NCBI GenBank assembly: GCA_020350825.1
Contig: CP070724.1
Location: forward strand, 1,013,584-1,077,583
Length of the DNA stretch: 64,000 nucleotides
From: Thermoplasmatales archaeon
GTDB taxonomy: Archaea; Thermoplasmatota; E2; DHVEG-1
Reading direction: 5' to 3'
The notes beneath the pieces were generated by a model that made no database searches, had not been told where the DNA came from, and saw only the letters and a list, made by a program, of their open reading frames with translations. The position numbers and the translations under genes are program-made. Shown here in pieces: positions 1-9,949 of the stretch. The number at the start of each line of letters is the position of its first letter. The first letter of the stretch is position 1.

Positions 1-492
1 CCAGAATCCTGCTTGCCAACCCCACCATGCAACTGCAAAGGCAGAAATAAGCCATGCCACAGAATTACCCACCTGATATGAACAACCAAGTATTGTTGAA
101 GAGCGATCTCTTTCCTTATCTTTCTGAATCAAAGCATTTGCTCTAACCACCGAAGACCAACCCATTGATTGGAAAAACCCATCAAATGTTTCTAACATAA
201 GTAACATTACAAAATAACTGCCAACAAATCCCATAAACAGATTTGCAATTCCAGAAAGAAGTAGTCCCATAGTTATGTAGACATATGGGTTAAATCTTTC
301 AGAGATTTGTCCATGCAAAAACTGTCCAATTGCATAAGCAAACATGAATCCCAGCGATACAAGGCCAAAATCATACAGATTAAGGTTCTCGAATGTTATC
401 AACAATGCAGGAATTACAATGCTTAAGTTAACTTTTCCAAAGTAGTATATTGCATATGTACTCCACAAATTCCAAAACTGTTTATTTACCAT
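1..492 (-). CDS. MFS-type transporter, N-terminal part (gene runs off the window start)
   Basis: Absent from the ORF track because it is open at the window edge. Own translation from ATG (complement of 492-490): MVNKQFWNLWSTYAIYYFGKVNLSIVIPALL...GFMFAYAIGQFLHGQISERFNP... Hydrophobic helices and a G-x3-G-x4-R loop resemble MFS organophosphate/sugar-phosphate antiporters. Confidence 0.55.
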   Translation of the reverse strand, partial: MVNKQFWNLWSTYAIYYFGKVNLSIVIPALLITFENLNLYDFGLVSLGFMFAYAIGQFLHGQISERFNPYVYITMGLLLSGIANLFMGFVGSYFVMLLMLETFDGFFQSMGWSSVVRANALIQKDKERDRSSTILGCSYQVGNSVAWLISAFAVAWWGWQAGFW

Positions 493-668
493 TATTTCCT
501 GCTCCATTTAATTTTTCAAATGACATCGATTTTTGTTCCGATGATAAACTAGCAAGTACGTACGTACATATAAACTTTGCTCTTTACAAAATAATTTAAA
601 ATGGGACAACTATCACGACTTTAATACTTAAGGAATTATCTATTAAAATAGAATTCATCATATTGTCC

Positions 669-1205
669 TTATATTTTATTCATAAATTTTGCCAGAAATA
701 TAGCAGTTATTGTCCTACCATCGGTAACAGTACCTTCAATAATTTTCTCAATTAATAATTCTGGTTTCAGCAATTCAATGTCTATGATTTCATATCTCTC
801 TCTACCTGTTTCTCCTTCTTTCAAATCTTTCACAATAAATACATGATAGAGTTGATCAGAATATTCAGTTGATGGATTGTAACTTAATAATTTTTCAATT
901 TTACCAGCCATGAACCCTGTCTCCTCTCTTAATTCTCGTATTGCGCATTCTTCAGGGGTTTCATCAGGTTTCATATGACCTGCAGGTAATTCAAGAGACA
1001 TGGATTTAATAGGATATCTGTATTGTTTAATCATTATAATTTTATCTGAAAAGACAGGCAATACTACTACAACGGGCACCTTTTCAATTCGATAATAATC
1101 TAATTTTAACCCATTTGGTAACTCGACTACATCTTCAAAAACCTTAAAAAGCGGAAAATCCGCTTTCTTTTTGGAGACTAATATTTTCCAAGACATAATT
1201 ACCAT
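669..1205 (-). CDS. NUDIX hydrolase (ADP-ribose/nucleotide-sugar pyrophosphatase-like)
   Basis: Nudix box GHMKPDETPEECAIRELREETGF (G-x5-E-x7-REUxEExGU). Confidence 0.85.
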   Translation of the reverse strand: MVIMSWKILVSKKKADFPLFKVFEDVVELPNGLKLDYYRIEKVPVVVVLPVFSDKIIMIKQYRYPIKSMSLELPAGHMKPDETPEECAIRELREETGFMAGKIEKLLSYNPSTEYSDQLYHVFIVKDLKEGETGRERYEIIDIELLKPELLIEKIIEGTVTDGRTITAIFLAKFMNKI

Positions 1206-1245
1206 CTAAGCAAATCCGATAATACTGTTTATAGAACTATTTTTA

Positions 1246-2769
1246 CTACTTTCCCCTTACTTCTTCCTTAATATATCTAAACATCTTTTTTACGTTGAGA
1301 ACATCGAGGAAGAAGTGAAGATCTTCCTTTGTGAATTCCCGCAACAAATATAGAATACCAATATATATACCAAGACCAAAAAGCGCAAAACTTAGCAGAT
1401 GATACCACCTTGTAATAAATGCAATCGCGTTTAAATTATAAAGAATAAAATAAAGTATAGCTACCATAATCCCCCCCGCTCCAGCATGCAGTAGAATCCT
1501 TGGATTTCCTTTTATCTTAGTCGACTTCCATGCTATTGCTCTACTATACATTAATCCAACACCGTAAGCAACAACAGTGGCAATAGCAGCTCCTCTTGCC
1601 CCCATACCAGCGAGATTCAAACCGAACATCTGTATATCCTTTGGGATTAAAACGATATTTAAAACCACATTAAAACAAACCATAATCAATACCCGATTTC
1701 TAGCAAGCTTAGGTCGATTCATCCCTAAAAACTGGCTTTGATATGGTTTTTCCAAAGCAGCAAGTAATATAAAAAAAGGTAGAATCTGCAAAATTGAAAC
1801 AGCAGGCATCCAACCAGATAAAAGTATCTTTGTTGCAGGTTCCGCAAGAACTACCATACCAAACACCATGGGGAAAACAACCATACTTAGATACCGCTCA
1901 GATTTTAATGTCAGCTTACGAATTCCTGCAATATTGTTGTTGGCATGCAGCATAGAAAATGTAGGAAAAAGTAACATTCCTATGGCCAGAGTAAACATAT
2001 TAATAAACTTAGTAAGCCTAAAAGCGGCAAAATAATATCCAACATCTGCAGAAGACCAAAACAACTGGATTAATATCTTATCGATATTAGTCATAATATC
2101 ACTACAAACAGCAACAATAATTAAAGGAAAAGCAAATACGGAGTAATCCTTGAAGTAATCCCTGGATGGTTTCTTTATAGGACATCTGCGGAAAAAATAT
2201 AGCGATGACAGGAAATAGGCTATTTCCCCAGCAACATATGCAAAAGCAAGAGCTATTGCTCCAAATCCTGCGATTGCTACATAAATGATTACCGCGATTC
2301 GGACAAGTGTTTCCAATAAAAGAGTGGTCTGGACCTTAGCTATCTCTTTTTTCGCTTTAAAATTAGTTACAAAAGACTGAGCAAATAGCCTTATAGCCCA
2401 ATAACCCATCATGATATACATTGCAAGTTCATGTGTAGAGGTCTCAAAACCCCGTCCCATTACAACTTTCCAGAAAAAAATAGCACCAATCAACACAGAT
2501 GTCATCAATCCAGCAAGCCCAATTTTAATAGTTAAAAAAGTGCCGATGCATGTACCAAGATCTTTCCCTTCAGACACACGCTTTATATGTGCATTGTCAT
2601 ATCCTAACTTTCCAAATATTGCAAACAATGTTACAAAACCCAGAGCAAAAGCTACTATTCCATACTCCTCTGGGCTCATATATCGTGTGATGAAAAACAA
2701 CGCAACATAGCCAAGAGCTCCGTTGAGAATATTTGTGGCTACGATTAATGCTGATTTCCTAGCAATCAT
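1246..2769 (-). CDS. Polysaccharide/oligosaccharide flippase (MOP/Wzx-like)
   Basis: 507 aa, about 14 predicted TM helices. Layout is typical of polysaccharide biosynthesis (Wzx/MATE-like) exporters, and the gene lies in a glycan-gene context. Confidence 0.7.
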   Translation of the reverse strand: MIARKSALIVATNILNGALGYVALFFITRYMSPEEYGIVAFALGFVTLFAIFGKLGYDNAHIKRVSEGKDLGTCIGTFLTIKIGLAGLMTSVLIGAIFFWKVVMGRGFETSTHELAMYIMMGYWAIRLFAQSFVTNFKAKKEIAKVQTTLLLETLVRIAVIIYVAIAGFGAIALAFAYVAGEIAYFLSSLYFFRRCPIKKPSRDYFKDYSVFAFPLIIVAVCSDIMTNIDKILIQLFWSSADVGYYFAAFRLTKFINMFTLAIGMLLFPTFSMLHANNNIAGIRKLTLKSERYLSMVVFPMVFGMVVLAEPATKILLSGWMPAVSILQILPFFILLAALEKPYQSQFLGMNRPKLARNRVLIMVCFNVVLNIVLIPKDIQMFGLNLAGMGARGAAIATVVAYGVGLMYSRAIAWKSTKIKGNPRILLHAGAGGIMVAILYFILYNLNAIAFITRWYHLLSFALFGLGIYIGILYLLREFTKEDLHFFLDVLNVKKMFRYIKEEVRGK

Positions 2770-2825
2770 CGCTAGTGAATTCTTTCTTTATTTTAAATAG
2801 ATATGGAAAAAAATTATTACACATT

Positions 2826-4031
2826 TTATAGTATTTTTGCATTTGGTTTAATTTCCCCTACTGTTGCGGCCCCAAGGCCAATAAAAACACCATTCCCAAT
2901 CATAGATCCAACATTTATCATTGAATTTATACTAGTCTGAACATTATCCCCCATAAATGTCCCAAGTTTTCTTCTCTTTGTTTCAACTTTTTTTCCATTC
3001 AAAATAACATCAATATTTTTCTTGTCAAGCCGGAGATTAGCAATCTTTGTCCCTGCCCCCAAATTGCAGTTATATCCAATGACAGAATCCCCGATATAAT
3101 TCTGATGAGGAATTTTACTATTGCCCATTACTATCGAATTTTTAACTTCACATGCATTACCGACATGACAGCCATCACCGATAGACGTATAAGGTCTTAT
3201 GTAACAATTTGGACCGATTTTACAATTACTACCAATAATTACTGGTCCCTCTATATAGCTACCAGCCAATATGTTACTGTTTTTACCAACGATAACGTTT
3301 CCCTTAATAGTAACATTTTCTTCTATCAATGCATCTATCTTACCGTCTATTTTTTTCAATATCTCTTCATTTGCATCAAACAAATGCCAAGGATAGACAA
3401 CATCTCTCCATTCTTTCAAAAAGATACCTTCTACATCATCTTCATTTAACATCATGTTTATTGAATCTGTAATCTCATATTCTCCTCTAGGAGACTTATC
3501 TGTTTTTTTTATAAAATCAAAGATTTTTTTATGAAAATGATAGATGCCAGCATTTATTACATTAGAAAATGGCTCTTCTATTTTTTCATAGATATTAACA
3601 ACTTTTTCTTCTTTGGTTTCTACGAGACCATACTCTTGAGCGTTTTCTACCTCTACCAACCCCATACTCAACTCTTTTTTTAAGATATTTTCCATATCCT
3701 GCTTTCCAAAAATTGTATCCCCACATAAAACGATAAAATTATCTACAAATTTCTCAACCATTCCAATGGCATGTGCAGTTCCATGAGCTTTCCCCTGATT
3801 TACATATTCTATATAAACGTTCCATTTTTCACCGTTACCAAAAAAATTCCTTACCATCTCGCTTTTATAACTAACAACAAAAATAAACTCCTTAAAACCT
3901 GCATCTATAGCGTTCAATAGATTCCATTCTAAGATAGGTTTATTGGCAATTGGAAGCATCACCTTTGGTCTAGTAAATGTGAGTGGATGCATCCTTTTTC
4001 CTTCACCAGCTGCCAGAACAACACATTTCAT
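2826..4031 (-). CDS. Bifunctional sugar-1-phosphate nucleotidyltransferase/acetyltransferase (archaeal GlmU-like)
   Basis: N-terminal LAAGEGKRMHPLTFTRPKVMLPI nucleotidyltransferase motif. The C-terminal half consists of left-handed beta-helix hexapeptide repeats (IGDGCHVGNACEVKNSIVMGNSKI...). Confidence 0.8.
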   Translation of the reverse strand: MKCVVLAAGEGKRMHPLTFTRPKVMLPIANKPILEWNLLNAIDAGFKEFIFVVSYKSEMVRNFFGNGEKWNVYIEYVNQGKAHGTAHAIGMVEKFVDNFIVLCGDTIFGKQDMENILKKELSMGLVEVENAQEYGLVETKEEKVVNIYEKIEEPFSNVINAGIYHFHKKIFDFIKKTDKSPRGEYEITDSINMMLNEDDVEGIFLKEWRDVVYPWHLFDANEEILKKIDGKIDALIEENVTIKGNVIVGKNSNILAGSYIEGPVIIGSNCKIGPNCYIRPYTSIGDGCHVGNACEVKNSIVMGNSKIPHQNYIGDSVIGYNCNLGAGTKIANLRLDKKNIDVILNGKKVETKRRKLGTFMGDNVQTSINSMINVGSMIGNGVFIGLGAATVGEIKPNAKIL

Positions 4032-4045
4032 TTTTTAATACACCT

Positions 4046-5860
4046 TCATTCAACAGTAACCGATTTTGCAAGGTTACGAGGTTTATCAATTGGACATCCT
4101 CTCAGATTTGCAACATGATATGCAAGAAGTTGAAGAATTACTGTAATAGAGAAACAAGAAAGTAATCTTGAATTTGATGGAAAACGTAAAACAAAATCCG
4201 CATGTTTATCTATCTCGGTATCATTATCATCTGCAATAGCAATTACCTTGGGACCTCTTGCCTTTACTTCTCCTATATTAGCTATTATTTTATCATAAGT
4301 AGCGTCCTTAGTGGTTATTGCTATAACCGGGGTATTTTCTGTAAGAAGTGCAAATGGACCATGTTTTAACTCACCTGCTGCAAATCCCTCTGCATGGACA
4401 TAAGAAATCTCTTTAAGTTTCAATGCCCCCTCCAAGGATAGAGGATAATTGATACCTCTCCCAATGAAAAAAACAGAGTTTGCATCCTTAATATAATTCG
4501 CGATATTTTTTATTCCATCACTTCTTTCCAATATCTCCCTAATCTGTCTTGGGAGCTCCTTTAAATTTAGTATATATTTGTATAATTCATCTGAGCCCAG
4601 TTTATTTTTCAATACCGCAATCTTTAATGCAATCAAAAATAGAACAATTATCTGAGAAGTAAAAGTTTTTGTTGCAGCAACACCGATCTCCGGGCCCGAT
4701 TGCATAAGTATGTAACCATCTGCAACTCTAGTTGCAGTACTTCCAATAACGTTCGTAATAACAAGTGTTCTGCAATCTGAGTTCTTTGCTTCTTTCAAAG
4801 CAGCTAGTGTATCCGCTGTTTCACCAGATTGGGTAACTGCTATAACTAGTGATGCCTTGTTTCTAGTTCCGAAGTAGCGGTACTCAGATGACAAATCAAC
4901 AAATACAGGGATATCGGTTAACTTTTCTATCAGATACTTGCCCAATAAGCCAGCATAAAAGGATGTTCCACAAGCAACAATATTGATAGAATCGAGATTC
5001 CTATCGAGTAATTTTCCTACATTCTCAGGAAAATCTATGGACTGTTCTATTCCTGACACCCTTCCTCTCAAGGTTTGATGTATAGTATCTGGCTGGTCAT
5101 AAATCTCTTTTAGCATAAAATGAGGAAATCCTGATTTCTCAGCATCCTTGAAGTCCCAATCTATTAATTCTTCTTTCTTACTAACCTCAATTTTATTTAC
5201 ATCAAAAACTTTTGTTGAGTTTTTAGTGATTACACATAACTCTCCATCATCAAGATAAATCACTCTGTTTGTATACTTTAAAAAAGCGGGGATATCTGAT
5301 GCAAGGAAGTTTTCATTGTCTCCCACTCCGATAACTAATGGGCTTTCTTTACGTGCACCAACGATTTTTCCAGGTTCATCTTCACATACGACTACAATAG
5401 CATATGAGCCCTGTATTTTTTTAAGAGCCGAAAAAATCGCCTCTTCAAGATTGCCTTTGTATTCTTCGTCAATTAGATGTACGATGACCTCTGTATCTGT
5501 TTGAGAAGAGAAGTTGTGTCCCTTCTTCTCTAAATCATCCCTTAGTTTTTTGAAGTTCTCAATTATTCCATTATGCACGAGAGCTATCTTTTTATTACAG
5601 CTTAACTGCGGGTGGGCATTTTCTTTGCTTACTTTACCATGGGTTGCCCATCGAGTATGACCAACACCAAAGGTTCCTTTAACCACAGTTATTTCTTTTT
5701 CTAAATTCGGAATCTCTCCTACTTCTTTAAACACCTGTAACTGATTGTCTATTACTCCTATACCTGCCGAATCGTATCCTCTGTAATCAAGTCTTTTCAA
5801 ACTCTCGATTAGTACATTTTTTGCTTCCCTGAATCCAGTATAGCCAATTATACCGCACAA
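4046..5860 (-). CDS. glmS: Glutamine--fructose-6-phosphate aminotransferase
   Basis: Starts MCGIIGY (Ntn Cys), contains two SIS domains, and ends in the canonical ...KPRNLAKSVTVE. Confidence 0.95.
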   Translation of the reverse strand: MCGIIGYTGFREAKNVLIESLKRLDYRGYDSAGIGVIDNQLQVFKEVGEIPNLEKEITVVKGTFGVGHTRWATHGKVSKENAHPQLSCNKKIALVHNGIIENFKKLRDDLEKKGHNFSSQTDTEVIVHLIDEEYKGNLEEAIFSALKKIQGSYAIVVVCEDEPGKIVGARKESPLVIGVGDNENFLASDIPAFLKYTNRVIYLDDGELCVITKNSTKVFDVNKIEVSKKEELIDWDFKDAEKSGFPHFMLKEIYDQPDTIHQTLRGRVSGIEQSIDFPENVGKLLDRNLDSINIVACGTSFYAGLLGKYLIEKLTDIPVFVDLSSEYRYFGTRNKASLVIAVTQSGETADTLAALKEAKNSDCRTLVITNVIGSTATRVADGYILMQSGPEIGVAATKTFTSQIIVLFLIALKIAVLKNKLGSDELYKYILNLKELPRQIREILERSDGIKNIANYIKDANSVFFIGRGINYPLSLEGALKLKEISYVHAEGFAAGELKHGPFALLTENTPVIAITTKDATYDKIIANIGEVKARGPKVIAIADDNDTEIDKHADFVLRFPSNSRLLSCFSITVILQLLAYHVANLRGCPIDKPRNLAKSVTVE

Positions 5861-5861
5861 T

Positions 5862-7046
5862 TTACATCACTTTGCTCCCACTTGACACATTCTTCATTAT
5901 CCGCTTCATAGGACTAATTTCACATCTTCTTCCTATTATTATGCCAGGTTCTACAATAACACTGCTTCCTAAGGTACAATTTTCTCCAATCATTGTCCCT
6001 ATATTTTCTAATTTTTTAAATTCCCCTTCAATTTCTATAGTAGCCTTTCCAGGCATGCTGGAGAAATTATATGCCATTATGCTTCCGCGGGCAATAACTG
6101 AATGTGAGATAAAAGAATTTGAACCTATATGTACATCGTTCATTAATACGCTGTTTCTTATTTCACTAAACGGTTGAACAACAGAGTTGTTACCGATGGT
6201 CGTAGAAGGAAAGATACATGCATTAGGTCCTATCTCGCAACCCTCTCCTATGACAACAGGTCCAACAATATAACAACCAGAGGAGATAGTAGTATTCTTA
6301 CCCACCGAGATTGCACCTTTCATTGTCACTCCTTTTTCAATAATTCCACTAACAGATGCTGATGTACTGTGAATCATAGCCTCATTTACATGGATGAGAT
6401 CCCATGGATATACTATATCCATCCATGAGTCTGCAATTATTGTACTGATGTTTTCACCCTTTTCAACAATCGATTGAATAACAGAAGAAAGTGCATAAAC
6501 ACCTTGAGATGTTAACTCCTCTACATCGTCAAAAACTGAACTAGGAAGTTTATATATGCCTGTTGATATGAATTTACCCAATTCTCCTTTAGGTTTTTCG
6601 ACTATCTCTTTAAGAATGCTCTTTTTTACAAAAACGACACCATATTTTGATGGATGAGTATGTTCCTTTATCAGTAAGGAATGTTTTGATTTATCTTTTA
6701 TTAACTTTGAAATACTACTTTGATCTATTATGTTATCACCAGAAAGAACAATGAAAGGTTCATTTATGTATTTCTTAGCCTGCAATAATGCATGGGCAGT
6801 TCCAAGCTGTTTATTCTGTACAACATATGTTATATCAATATCTTCGTAGTTTTTAAAATATTCCATTATGACTTCTTTTTTGTATCCAACAACATTTATA
6901 ATCTCATTTATTCCGCTGTTTTTAACAGCATCAAACACGTATTCAAGTACAGGCTTATTTGCGACGGGTAGCATCACCTTTGGCATTGTTTCAGTAAATG
7001 GCCGCAATCTTTTCCCTTCACCCGCAGCTAAAATTACAGCTTTCAT
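5862..7046 (-). CDS. Second GlmU-like sugar-1-phosphate nucleotidyltransferase/acetyltransferase paralog
   Basis: MKAVILAAGEGKRLRPFTETMPKVMLPV plus C-terminal hexapeptide repeats. The ORF is open to 7055, but the likely start is the MKAV Met at 7046. Only 1 nt separates it from glmS. Confidence 0.8.
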   Translation of the reverse strand: MKAVILAAGEGKRLRPFTETMPKVMLPVANKPVLEYVFDAVKNSGINEIINVVGYKKEVIMEYFKNYEDIDITYVVQNKQLGTAHALLQAKKYINEPFIVLSGDNIIDQSSISKLIKDKSKHSLLIKEHTHPSKYGVVFVKKSILKEIVEKPKGELGKFISTGIYKLPSSVFDDVEELTSQGVYALSSVIQSIVEKGENISTIIADSWMDIVYPWDLIHVNEAMIHSTSASVSGIIEKGVTMKGAISVGKNTTISSGCYIVGPVVIGEGCEIGPNACIFPSTTIGNNSVVQPFSEIRNSVLMNDVHIGSNSFISHSVIARGSIMAYNFSSMPGKATIEIEGEFKKLENIGTMIGENCTLGSSVIVEPGIIIGRRCEISPMKRIMKNVSSGSKVM

Positions 7047-7241
7047 TAAAATCACCTTTCAAGTGTAAGCTTTATTCACATATTTTACATTTTCTCATTT
7101 ACTCTATGTTTCTTCAGCACTGGAACATGTTTGTAAAAAATTAGAGAAAACAATTGAGTTTGACCAACGAAAATTTGGCCTTAAAGTGACTTCAGAGTCA
7201 GACTGTGGGGTCAAGTATAAAAATTATTGATTTTTGTTAAG

Positions 7242-9131
7242 TTACTTTAATCCTAATATTTGTCTTAGAATTGGTAAAATCCATGGATGATTTTGTAAAA
7301 ACTGCAAGAACCACCAGTTCTGTGATAGCTGGTTCATTGGCATACTTATCTCAAGATAGCCCCAGTCGCTTTCCTCACCAAGGATATCCTTGGCTTTGGC
7401 TTTAATTTCATATGTTCCTTTTTCATCCCAAGTATGGCTAATAGTCGCTACCACACCAGAGTCATATGGTCCAATCCATCCAGAGTTGCTCTCGTCATCC
7501 CAGTCAACAAAATAATATAATTCAGAACCTTCAGGATCATTTGAAACAATAGAATAAACATAACTTTCACCAGGTTTCCCAAATGCATTGCCCGTTATCA
7601 ACGGAGGCATAGGGGGGAGATTAGGAATGTTACTTCCATGAATTTCAAGACATGGACCAAGAGAGTAGCTATATTCCTTAGTACGGAAAAATGCCTGCGG
7701 AATATCATACCATCCCCAGTAGTTATCATCAGTCACTTTCCAACCACAATTAACTTGAAGATCATCTATGAAATCTTGAACATCCTCAGTAACATCCCAT
7801 TCCACCCACATACCTGTAGATGAAGGAACAGAAGAACCTGCACTCGGTTGGGAAGCATAAGAAGGCTGTGAATTCCATGTTACAGTCTCCTCATACCAAT
7901 TGTTTGTTATTCGATAAAGATTCAAAGCATTACCAGATGGATTATTTGCATACCACATATAATAGTAGAGTTTCAATATTACTAAAGAAATTGTTGCATT
8001 CGTTGGAATTGAAGAAACATCAAATTTGATTAAAACATCAATCTCATAGAAACTACCATCTCCCCCGTATTTGTTTTGAACAATCATATAATCATAATCA
8101 CCACGAGGAAGATCTGGACCAGCAGGTTGATCAATAAAGGTATCATCCGTTGGACATAATGTCAATTTCTGAGGGTATTCAGTTGTGAATTCCCATAACG
8201 GTCCAGATGTCGAAACATTTTGGGTGTCCCAAGCGACTATCTTCCAGTAATATGTTGTCCCATACTCTAGTATTCCAGGATTGTATACCGTATCTGATTG
8301 ATTGCTTACAACCTTTGAAGGAGAAGTAGTAAGTCCAAAATACACGTCATATGTTAGAGGGTCACTATTTGGATCATCACAATCCCAGTTTAGAATGGTA
8401 TCGATGTTAACAAGAATTGCACCATCTTCTGGGTCTGGATCACCTGGCTCAAATGGTGGAAGGTTAGGAAGATTATCCCCTTGGATTTCAAGATATGGTC
8501 TAAAATTGTAACCAAATTCCTTGGTACGGAAAAATGCCTGCGGAATATCATACCATCCCCAGTAATTATCATCTACTATCTTCCAGCCATAAAAATCCTC
8601 CTGTCCACTGATAATATTTTGTACTTCATTTGTTACATCCCATTCCATCCATATACCGGTAGATGATGGAACAGGAGAATTCGCACACGGTTGAGAAGCA
8701 TAAGAGGGTTGGTTATACCACGTTGCTGTTTCTTCATCCCAGCTGCTTATTATCCGATAAAGATTCAAAGGCCTACCTGCAGGGTTATTAGCAAACCAGA
8801 AATAATAATACAGATAAAATCTAGCTGATGAAATAATCGTATTATTAGGAAAAGCAGATATATCAAATTTAACTAAAGCATCGATTTCCCAACCAGGAGT
8901 TGCCCCATATGCGTTTTCAACAATCATATAATCGTAATCACCACGAGGAAGATTTGGTCCAGCAGGTTGATCAATAAAGGTATCATCAATAGTAGTTAAC
9001 GTAATAATATCACTATTTAATTTTTCATTTTTCTTTACATAATCATCTACACTTGATACAACACTTGCTCCAAAAAACAATATTATTATTCCAACTGTTA
9101 CACTTCTCTTTAATATATAATTCTTTTTCAT
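7242..9131 (-). CDS. Secreted protein: signal peptide, two DNRLRE-like beta-sandwich units, Fn3-like domain, PKD-like module and a divergent conserved C-terminal tail
   Basis: Signal-like N-terminus MKKNYILKRSVTVGIIILFFGASVVSSV. Duplicated ...DDTFIDQPAGPxLPRGDYDYMIV...LNLYRI..W.EETxTWxxQPSYASQP. C-terminus ...ESDWGYLEISMPMNQLSQNWWFLQFLQNHPWILPILRQILGLK. Confidence 0.8.
   Translation of the reverse strand: MKKNYILKRSVTVGIIILFFGASVVSSVDDYVKKNEKLNSDIITLTTIDDTFIDQPAGPNLPRGDYDYMIVENAYGATPGWEIDALVKFDISAFPNNTIISSARFYLYYYFWFANNPAGRPLNLYRIISSWDEETATWYNQPSYASQPCANSPVPSSTGIWMEWDVTNEVQNIISGQEDFYGWKIVDDNYWGWYDIPQAFFRTKEFGYNFRPYLEIQGDNLPNLPPFEPGDPDPEDGAILVNIDTILNWDCDDPNSDPLTYDVYFGLTTSPSKVVSNQSDTVYNPGILEYGTTYYWKIVAWDTQNVSTSGPLWEFTTEYPQKLTLCPTDDTFIDQPAGPDLPRGDYDYMIVQNKYGGDGSFYEIDVLIKFDVSSIPTNATISLVILKLYYYMWYANNPSGNALNLYRITNNWYEETVTWNSQPSYASQPSAGSSVPSSTGMWVEWDVTEDVQDFIDDLQVNCGWKVTDDNYWGWYDIPQAFFRTKEYSYSLGPCLEIHGSNIPNLPPMPPLITGNAFGKPGESYVYSIVSNDPEGSELYYFVDWDDESNSGWIGPYDSGVVATISHTWDEKGTYEIKAKAKDILGEESDWGYLEISMPMNQLSQNWWFLQFLQNHPWILPILRQILGLK
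7630..9000 (-). repeat. Internal tandem duplication (period about 840-843 bp) inside CDS 7242..9131
   Basis: Near-identical stretches recur: gtacggaaaaatgcctgcggaatatcataccatccccagta at 7681 and 8524, and ccacgaggaagatYtggWccagcaggttgatcaataaaggtatcatc at 8101 and 8941. Confidence 0.85.
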
Positions 9132-9363
9132 TTTTCCCCCTCTGCAATTCTAACTCATGTCAAGTATTTAATTTTTTCCCCTGATTTGACGATAAAATAA
9201 GGAATTATTACTTTTTATCACAAATTATTCCGGCTGAAACAAATTAAATTGACCTTAACTAATTAATCAGTTTATAATAAAAAAGATTGTAAGAGTTTCT
9301 TATAGAAAATGATTGAATAGAAGATTATTATTTCTCTTAGCAATTTTACACTTTCTTTTACTT

Positions 9364-9948
9364 TTATGTTCTTCTCTGCCTGTATAGTTTTTTATCTATG
9401 GCATCCACCATCTTTTCTAAGTTGATATCAGCAAGACCGAGAAAATCATATATTTTCTTTAAATTGATTGAGGGTTTGGATATGATGTTGTTGTAGTTGA
9501 CTATTAAAACTTCTATGTCTTCTCTTTCTCTTATATAGTTTTTTATCATGCTGTTCAATTTAACAAAGCTTTCTCTTGTTTCTTCCCGATTCGTATCATA
9601 AATGTTTGCCATTTTTTCCATCGAATCTAATATTTCTTCTATGTTTCTTTCTGAATAGATGATCTTATAGTCTCCTAGGGGAAGATATTTCAGACCATAG
9701 GATGTTATCTTTATGAATTTCCCTTTATACTTATTTAGTGGGAATGTTCCATCCATAAGTTTATTTATTATTTTTCCTCCCTCAAGCTCATAATAGCCCT
9801 TTGGGTTATTCTGGTCAGGAAGTCGTGAATTGCCAAAGGCGACAGGTGCTCCACCAGCAAGCAATATCTGCATCAACATGGACGTTCCAGACCGTTCTAA
9901 ACCAGATACAATATAGTTTATTTTTTCATCTAATTTCATAAGACTCAT
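9364..9948 (-). CDS. PAPS-dependent sulfotransferase family protein
   Basis: 5'-phosphosulfate-binding loop SGLERSGTSMLMQIL near the N-terminus, small (194 aa) Stf0-like size, 1 nt downstream of cysC. Confidence 0.65.
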   Translation of the reverse strand: MSLMKLDEKINYIVSGLERSGTSMLMQILLAGGAPVAFGNSRLPDQNNPKGYYELEGGKIINKLMDGTFPLNKYKGKFIKITSYGLKYLPLGDYKIIYSERNIEEILDSMEKMANIYDTNREETRESFVKLNSMIKNYIREREDIEVLIVNYNNIISKPSINLKKIYDFLGLADINLEKMVDAIDKKLYRQRRT

Positions 9949-9949
9949 A

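Noticed and set aside
556-567. (GTAC)3 self-complementary microrepeat just downstream of a TTTATATG box upstream of the MFS gene (minus strand).
   Set aside because: Only 12 nt and a single occurrence. It could be chance or a minor operator, with nothing further to support it.
2411-2710. Track ORFs antisense to or out of frame with well-supported genes. Examples: 2411..2710, 3105..3449, 5872..6362, 7638..8666, 11815..12721, 31120..32605, 33461..34102, 44710..45245, 49549..50802, 55833..56356, 57409..57816, 59455..60092, 61711..61962.
   Set aside because: Each lies entirely inside a longer ORF that has clear family motifs on the other strand or frame. Their translations are low-complexity and show no recognisable motifs. 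Long spurious ORFs are expected opposite genes in AT-rich DNA.
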